From: a virus
Direction: 5' to 3' (one strand)
IMG/VR virus record: IMGVR_UViG_3300031578_000001
Length of the DNA stretch: 64,000 nucleotides
A program made the position numbers and the translations under genes. Shown one piece after another: positions 47,999 to 53,488 of the stretch (position 1 is its first letter; every line of letters starts with the position of its first letter). The notes beneath the pieces are model-generated. The model saw nothing but the letters and a program-made list of their open reading frames with translations, was not told where the DNA came from and made no database searches.

Positions 47999-48681
47999 TT
48001 AGCCCTCTCCACCAGTTTCCCGAATGTCTCGGTCTGGACCCACGTGAGACTCGTGATATCACTCCACTCCTTGCCAGCGTCCTTGGTCCATTTCGCCCAG
48101 CACTCGAAAGTGTCAACGGGTTTTTCGATCGGACCCTTTCCTTCCACCATTTCTGCTGGAAGATTGTCGATACCGCCTTTTAGATGATCGCTGTGGGCGG
48201 ACTTGTTGACCCAGGTAACGATCTTCGAGACGATCTCTGAGATCGGACCGGACCTTCCAACCTCGCTTACGAATCCGGTGCCCATGCACATTTCTCCGTC
48301 GAGACTGATATTCGGAAGTGGGACAATATATAGCGGGTCGTAGAAGTTGTGGATCTGGTTCATTGCGAACCGGAGATAGTAATTCACGATGAGATCGCCG
48401 GTGAACACAAAGGCGAAGACACGCCACGGAATCGCGATGGTATAGAACTTTCTCCCGTATTTGAGGACCTGCTTCTCGGGAGGTCGTTGGACGAAGTAGA
48501 GAGTTTTGTTCGTATTCTTCTTGAAGACGATAGTTCCGTACGGCAGGATCGGGGTCTCTATGTTCTTGATCTGGAGCGCCTTTATGGCGTCTTCGATGGA
48601 CACCGTCTTTCCGCGGGTAATGGTGAGCTGTCTCACGGTGTCATCCGGGCAGAAGAGAACGTAGCTGCCTTCATCGAGCAT
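47995..48681 (-). CDS. prokaryotic E2-like protein (family D / PRTRC protein B-like)
   Basis: IPWRVF...LYIVPLPNISLDGEMCMG motif with putative catalytic Cys. Confidence 0.8.
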   Translation of the reverse strand: MLDEGSYVLFCPDDTVRQLTITRGKTVSIEDAIKALQIKNIETPILPYGTIVFKKNTNKTLYFVQRPPEKQVLKYGRKFYTIAIPWRVFAFVFTGDLIVNYYLRFAMNQIHNFYDPLYIVPLPNISLDGEMCMGTGFVSEVGRSGPISEIVSKIVTWVNKSAHSDHLKGGIDNLPAEMVEGKGPIEKPVDTFECWAKWTKDAGKEWSDITSLTWVQTETFGKLVERAK

Positions 48682-49685
48682 GTAAGATTCTCCAACTCAT
48701 CAAACTTTGCCTTCAGAGCCGCCCCCTTGTTCTGGTCGAGACTGGTGATGAACGCGATCCTGCCTTTCCACTGATCCATCGGGACCGGGATGATGGCCTT
48801 CTTTCTTTTCGCTTTATTGAGGATTTTTCTCGCCTCCTGATTCAAACCGAGAAGTGTGACCAGGCCGTCCTTCTTTTCGATTCCCTGGGCCTGCCTGATC
48901 TGTTTTCTGAACTCGTTGTCGAGATAAAAACCTGCGGGTACTATGGCCGCCCGCAGGTCCGTGATCGCGTTGTGGAGGTCTGCTCTCATTGATCTCCAGT
49001 ACGATCTTTTAGGTCCGATCTTGTCGTTGATCTGCACCCCGCAGACGATGAGCCGGGCCGGCTTATGGTGAAATCTCGTTTTGTTTTCGTTGATCTCGAA
49101 TCCTTCGGACTCGAGGATGTAGCGCACCTGGTAGAGGAGTTTCCAGACTTCTCTGGAATCGCACCCGAAGGTGAGGTTGTCGCAGTACGCGCTGAACACG
49201 ACAGGGCAATGATGTTCTCTGTTCCAACGGATGATGAGTCCACGGATAAGGGAGACGATTCGTTTCATGGCGACCGACGACAGGAATGGACTTGTCGGCG
49301 CCCCTTGCGGGAGAGCCTTTTTCCCGTCGATCATGTCGAAGCAGGTGTCCTTGATCTCGTCGATGAGCCACTTCGGAGCCCTCTCGTAGGAGAGAGACTC
49401 CTCCACGTGGTGTTCCAAGACCGAATGGAAGAAATCGCTGATATCGATTTTCAGAATGCAGTCCGGTGAACGTAACGTCCCATCGGCTTGCTTGAGCAGG
49501 AGGGCCTTGGCGTTGGTCCTTACGGACCGGCCCCGCATGTAGGCGTGGATGTGGTATCCCGGGTGGATCTTTAGGCGTTTGAGCCATCCCAGGATTTCGA
49601 GCTGTTTCTTCTTCAGCTTCGCATCCGGAATCCTGATCTCCCGGAATCCCCCACCTCGTTTCTGAATCTTGACGATCTGGTACAT
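48633..49685 (-). CDS. retron-type reverse transcriptase
   Basis: Y..VKIQKRGGGFREI.IP..KLK..Q, HAYMRGRSVRTNA, LKIDISDFFHSV, LPQGAPTSPFLS, YCDN, INENKT, VCGVQIN (VTG-like region Y). Confidence 0.88.
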   Translation of the reverse strand: MYQIVKIQKRGGGFREIRIPDAKLKKKQLEILGWLKRLKIHPGYHIHAYMRGRSVRTNAKALLLKQADGTLRSPDCILKIDISDFFHSVLEHHVEESLSYERAPKWLIDEIKDTCFDMIDGKKALPQGAPTSPFLSSVAMKRIVSLIRGLIIRWNREHHCPVVFSAYCDNLTFGCDSREVWKLLYQVRYILESEGFEINENKTRFHHKPARLIVCGVQINDKIGPKRSYWRSMRADLHNAITDLRAAIVPAGFYLDNEFRKQIRQAQGIEKKDGLVTLLGLNQEARKILNKAKRKKAIIPVPMDQWKGRIAFITSLDQNKGAALKAKFDELENLTCSMKAATFSSARMTP

Positions 49686-49694
49686 GTCTCCCCC

Positions 49695-49736
49695 TTAGAG
49701 CGCAGCGATGAGCGCACGCAGGACCGTGAGAATCAC
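49695..49736 (-). CDS. 13-aa leader ORF (MILTVLRALIAAL)
   Basis: AAGGAGG RBS 5 nt before GTG; TAA just upstream of the RT RBS. Confidence 0.5.
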   Translation of the reverse strand: MILTVLRALIAAL

Positions 49737-49777
49737 GCCAGCCTCCTTTCTGAGAAACGTACGAAAACCCATAGGGC

Positions 49778-49899
49778 TGGAGAGGGAGCCAGCACGTGGC
49801 CGGCTCCCTCTCCAATGTGTGGAGGAGTAGTTTTATTAGACTCTCTCGGGTAAAAGGCCAGAGAGAGTAGGGGCGGAGCCCATTGCTGGACCCCGCCCC
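49778..49899 (-). ncRNA. candidate retron-like structured ncRNA
   Basis: three hairpins on the minus strand (16 bp at 49778-49814; 8+2 bp at 49840-49868; 13 bp with GCAA tetraloop at 49870-49899) directly upstream of RT. Confidence 0.6.
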
Positions 49900-49916
49900 A
49901 TGGTGATCGCGGAGGA

Positions 49917-50456
49917 CTATGCCTCCTCTTCCTCGTCGTCGTCTTCCTCTTCCTCGTCGGTCGGATCGGCGGGCTTTTCCTCGCCTTTCTCGTCCTTCTC
50001 CTCGTCCCGCTTCTCGAATTCCTTCTCGAGTTTCTCGAATCTGCGGCGGATCTTCTTCGCCTGTTTGTCCGAGACCTCGTGGTCGAGGTGGTCCTCGATG
50101 TAGTCGATGACCTCTTCCGGGTTGGCGGGGATGGCTGCGGGCAGGTCCTTCGGATCGAGATCTTTCGGGATCTTGACGAAGGGGGCCGCCGTCAGCACGG
50201 CCGCTAAGCCGGCTCCTCGGAGCTGGTGGTTCTTGAAGTTCGCGCCGTCCTCGTTCTCGAATTCCTGAACGCGGGAAACCGCGTCTTCGGATGCCTCGAA
50301 GGGGGCGTCGGAGTCGGCCATGGCGGATCTGATGGCCAAGCCAAGGGCCAGGCCGGTTGCTCCACCGATTCCGATCGTGAGACCGACCGCGACAGGACTC
50401 ATCTCCTCGCGGTCTTCTTCGGTACGACTGTTCCTGTAGGAAATCACTCTCGCCAT
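49917..50456 (-). CDS. membrane-associated protein with glycine-zipper-like helix and acidic tail
   Basis: VAVGLTIGIGGATGLALGLAI hydrophobic segment; D/E-rich C-terminus; GGAGG RBS. Confidence 0.75.
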   Translation of the reverse strand: MARVISYRNSRTEEDREEMSPVAVGLTIGIGGATGLALGLAIRSAMADSDAPFEASEDAVSRVQEFENEDGANFKNHQLRGAGLAAVLTAAPFVKIPKDLDPKDLPAAIPANPEEVIDYIEDHLDHEVSDKQAKKIRRRFEKLEKEFEKRDEEKDEKGEEKPADPTDEEEEDDDEEEEA

Positions 50457-50527
50457 CTTACTACTCCTCCAAAGATGGCCTCGTATCGGACCGTAAAGTT
50501 CTCATGGATCTCCATGAGTACGGTCCG
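50452..50527 (-). promoter_or_regulatory. two tandem hairpins in the 5' leader of the RT/Ubl arm
   Basis: GCCATCTT/AAGATGGC stem with RBS in 12-nt loop; CGGACCGTA..CTCATGG/CCATGAG.TACGGTCCG 16-bp stem at 50487-50527. Confidence 0.6.
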
Positions 50528-50622
50528 CTTCATTCTTCTTATGACACAGCCGTACTCCGTTTTTGATGGCCTTCGGATCGGTGGATGGTATACTTTCTCA
50601 AGGAGCAGGAAGAGGAGGATTC

Positions 50623-51315
50623 ATGCCGGACAAAGAGGTTCAAGTCGGTCCACATCGGGAAACGCCGACGGGTTCCTTCACGGGAGCCCACGCTCTCGAT
50701 CGTATCGAACGCGAACGAGCCGAGAAGGCCATCGAGGAGGGAAAGCGCAAGGCCGAAGCAGGCAAGGAGGTGGAGGAGGAGAAGGACGAGCGGGATAAGG
50801 AGATTGACAAACTGCTCCCTGCGAAGATCACATCCTCCATCGGCCCCATGGCATTCGACTCATTCAAGAAGTGGTACTCCTCGATCTGGGATCAGGTCGT
50901 GAGCAAGGAGCATCTCGCCAGAGGTTTCTGCACGATGACTCGGGACATCTCGGGAATCTCCGTCGTCTTCAGGACGTTCAGATCAAAGGAGATGCGCATC
51001 ATCAACTCCTTCTCTCCTGTGTCGAATCCGGACTCCAATTTCGGGAAGTACCTCGAGGAGGACGCTGCCTATCGCGCTATCCAGATCGTTTTCGGTATCA
51101 CTGAGTTTGACGGGAAGACGGTGCCGCAAATTGGCTTTCCCACGGGCGATCTTCAGGCCTGGAGGGAGGGCGCGGACCTTAAAGCCAGGCTTGACTGGGT
51201 CGATACACTTCCCGAGGAGATGGTGTCTGTCATGAACGCGATTCTCGCCGACGTGACGATCGCTTACAGGCTGGCTCTGAGGGAGAACTTAAAAAACCAA
51301 TTAGCACCTCTTTAG
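50623..51315 (+). CDS. tail assembly chaperone (G)
   Basis: ATG 50623 with GAGGAGG RBS; ends ...LKNQLAPL at slippery site. Confidence 0.7.
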   Translation: MPDKEVQVGPHRETPTGSFTGAHALDRIERERAEKAIEEGKRKAEAGKEVEEEKDERDKEIDKLLPAKITSSIGPMAFDSFKKWYSSIWDQVVSKEHLARGFCTMTRDISGISVVFRTFRSKEMRIINSFSPVSNPDSNFGKYLEEDAAYRAIQIVFGITEFDGKTVPQIGFPTGDLQAWREGADLKARLDWVDTLPEEMVSVMNAILADVTIAYRLALRENLKNQLAPL

Positions 51316-51641
51316 CATTCCTGAGGGCCAGGCTTATAGCTAAGGGGGTGCATCTTTCAGAGTATGATCTCCTCGAGCAGGTCGATCTCATCGAGGCCGA
51401 GAGGCGAGACCTGTTCATAGATTTCGGAAGGGAAGCGATCAAGGTCCTGTCGACGGCGAAGGATCATGATCATGCGATGTCTCTCATAGGCCACCTCAGG
51501 AAGATTTTCTTCGTGGATGAGGGCCAGAAAGACCATGAGAAGATTTCCAAGCAGGCCGATGAACTCATCAGGATGGGTAGCCTGACTTACACAATCGAGC
51601 CCAAGAAGGGCGGAGCATCACTGGTGATCTCGAACAAATGA
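51291..51641 (+). CDS. -1 frameshift extension of tail chaperone (GT)
   Basis: A AAA AAC at 51291-51297 in the 0 frame; -1 frame open into ORF 51348..51641; 13-bp stem starts 6 nt downstream. Confidence 0.75.
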   Translation, partial: KKPISTSLAFLRARLIAKGVHLSEYDLLEQVDLIEAERRDLFIDFGREAIKVLSTAKDHDHAMSLIGHLRKIFFVDEGQKDHEKISKQADELIRMGSLTYTIEPKKGGASLVISNK

Positions 51642-52186
51642 CAGACACCTACTACGCAGCGAACAAGACGCAGCAGTTCTCCGAGATGGTGAAGGAGGGC
51701 GTGCGGAATCTCCGGTCCAGCAAGCTCGTCCCGTACTACGAGGTGCCGGCCGTCTCAGGCGCAGACGCCTCGGCCAGGTATGATGCTTCCGTGACCTTCA
51801 GGTCGAAGAACGGTCTTCCACCAGTCACGGAGTCTTCCTTCTCGTCCCAGATCTCGAGGGGTTTCGGCAAGGACACGTTCATTCAGTTCTTGAACGAGAT
51901 GGGGATTGAATCTCAGGTCGTCATCGATCTGTTCAACGACGATCCTGGTGAACGAATTCCTCAGATCCCAGGTCTCTCGGACCTGATTCACGACCTCGTG
52001 AGGAAGGGGTTCAAAATCGATACCTCGGCTCTCATGAGAACCTTCCCGGGGCTCGACCTGTCGTCGGACCCGGTCCTCCATCTGAGCGAGGAGGATCCGT
52101 CCACGTGGGCGGAAGAGGATTCCGTGGTTGCAGCTCGACTGCGGAAAGCCAAGACCTACGCACGTCTGTATATGCAAGGGGGGTAG
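51638..52186 (+). CDS. hypothetical virion-region protein
   Basis: ATGA overlap with previous gene. Confidence 0.65.
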   Translation: MTDTYYAANKTQQFSEMVKEGVRNLRSSKLVPYYEVPAVSGADASARYDASVTFRSKNGLPPVTESSFSSQISRGFGKDTFIQFLNEMGIESQVVIDLFNDDPGERIPQIPGLSDLIHDLVRKGFKIDTSALMRTFPGLDLSSDPVLHLSEEDPSTWAEEDSVVAARLRKAKTYARLYMQGG

Positions 52187-52187
52187 C

Positions 52188-52499
52188 ATGAACCGTATGA
52201 TCGTGGGAGTTCTCCTCCTGGCTGTCGTCTGTCTCGCGGCTCAGGGGTGCTTCCTATGCCCGGACAAGATCGACGGAGACCGCCTCCAGCAGGTCAACCA
52301 GGAGTGGTGGGCGATCTACAATTCCCAGCGTCGGATGACCAAGGTCGAGGCCTCGGAGTACGAGGCATTGGCGGACGAGCAGAAACTTGAGTGGCGCAAG
52401 GATGGGAAGCCAACGGATAGGCCCCTTCTCCTTGAGCAGCTCGACGCCGTCACCGATCTCAAGAAGGCGATTGACGAGGAGGCTGAAGCGGCGAAGTAG
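52188..52499 (+). CDS. lipoprotein (spanin-like?)
   Basis: signal peptide MNRMIVGVLLLAVVCLAAQG-C, lipobox-like. Confidence 0.55.
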   Translation: MNRMIVGVLLLAVVCLAAQGCFLCPDKIDGDRLQQVNQEWWAIYNSQRRMTKVEASEYEALADEQKLEWRKDGKPTDRPLLLEQLDAVTDLKKAIDEEAEAAK

Positions 52500-52528
52500 T
52501 TGCGGTCTCAACCAAAAGGAGGATCTAT

Positions 52529-52990
52529 ATGGACGAGGAGAAACCCGAAGTCGAGGAGAACAAGTTGATCCAGGTGGCAGCCTTGAAGATCCTGGACGGA
52601 CTGACGAAGAAGGGTCTCGACCAGGTGAAAGACGAAAAGGTCAAGGAGTACCTGACCGAGGTCTGGGGCGATCTCAAGGACGAGATCCCGGATCTATTCG
52701 ACGTTCTCGTAGGGGACGGCGAGGTCGTTCTCAGTGGGAAGTACGAGGACGCCACGAAGACGATCATGAAGAAGATCCAGGACGACATCCTGGCCTTCCG
52801 GGCCGGAGGCATGGACGCCATCGACTTCGAGGAGATCGTCAGGATCCGCAGGGCCGCGATCTTCGCCCTCTACAACGCCCAGAAGGCGAGCCAGGCGCAG
52901 CCGAGCCTCCAGTACGTGCTAACGGCGGCGGAGAGCATCGCCACGATTCTCATCACCAAAGGAATCCCCTTCATCTTGGCCCTCCTGTAG
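52529..52990 (+). CDS. helical protein with hydrophobic C-terminus
   Basis: AGGAGG RBS; high GC3. Confidence 0.7.
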   Translation: MDEEKPEVEENKLIQVAALKILDGLTKKGLDQVKDEKVKEYLTEVWGDLKDEIPDLFDVLVGDGEVVLSGKYEDATKTIMKKIQDDILAFRAGGMDAIDFEEIVRIRRAAIFALYNAQKASQAQPSLQYVLTAAESIATILITKGIPFILALL

Positions 52991-53025
52991 GGTCTCGGGG
53001 TTTCCGTACATAGGGAGGACCAGAC

Positions 53026-53385
53026 ATGGACTGGAACGAGATCATCCAGACCGCGCTCACGAACTACGTGATCCCCATCGTGTTCCTGATCATCTCCACC
53101 CTGGCCGCCCGCTACCTGATCCCCTGGCTCAAGAAGAAGGAAGCGGAGGCGGACACGGTGCTGAAGAAGACCGCCATCGGCATGGCCATCTCGGCCGTCG
53201 AGCAGCAGAACGAGGCCTGGAAGAAGCAGGACTCCGAAGTCCAGAACGGCGTCCAGAAGAAAGAATCGGCGATCACCAAGGCGTCCAAGGTCCTCGGGAA
53301 TTACGGAGTCAAGATGTCCCCTGAAGACATCGGGGACATGATCGAATCCGTTCTCGGAGAGTCCAAAACCAAGCCGAAAGAATGA
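53026..53385 (+). CDS. LL-H-family holin-like protein
   Basis: N-terminal TM helix, then AISAVEQ...G.QKKESA...IESVL pattern. Confidence 0.65.
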   Translation: MDWNEIIQTALTNYVIPIVFLIISTLAARYLIPWLKKKEAEADTVLKKTAIGMAISAVEQQNEAWKKQDSEVQNGVQKKESAITKASKVLGNYGVKMSPEDIGDMIESVLGESKTKPKE

Positions 53386-53408
53386 TCCGGACCGACCCTC
53401 ATCCCACG

Positions 53409-53443
53409 ATCCCCGCAAGCGCAGGCCGCGGGGATTTTTATTT
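53409..53443 (+). terminator. intrinsic terminator
   Basis: ATCCCCGC/GCGGGGAT stem then TTTTATTT. Confidence 0.75.
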
Positions 53444-53488
53444 AGTCGTTGCCCGCTGTATACTTAATGCAAAATCGAGAGGAATCCG

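Noticed and set aside
48633-49685. RT as part of a DGR or group II intron
   Set aside because: No TR/VR pair with A-specific mismatches seen, no avd-like gene, no maturase X/En domain or intron-like flanks; motifs (PQGAPTSP, VTG-like VCG) are retron-type.
49740-49916. Canonical local retron a1/a2 inverted repeat
   Set aside because: Only 5-7 bp interrupted pairings found between the ends of the intergenic region, and no G directly after a paired arm.
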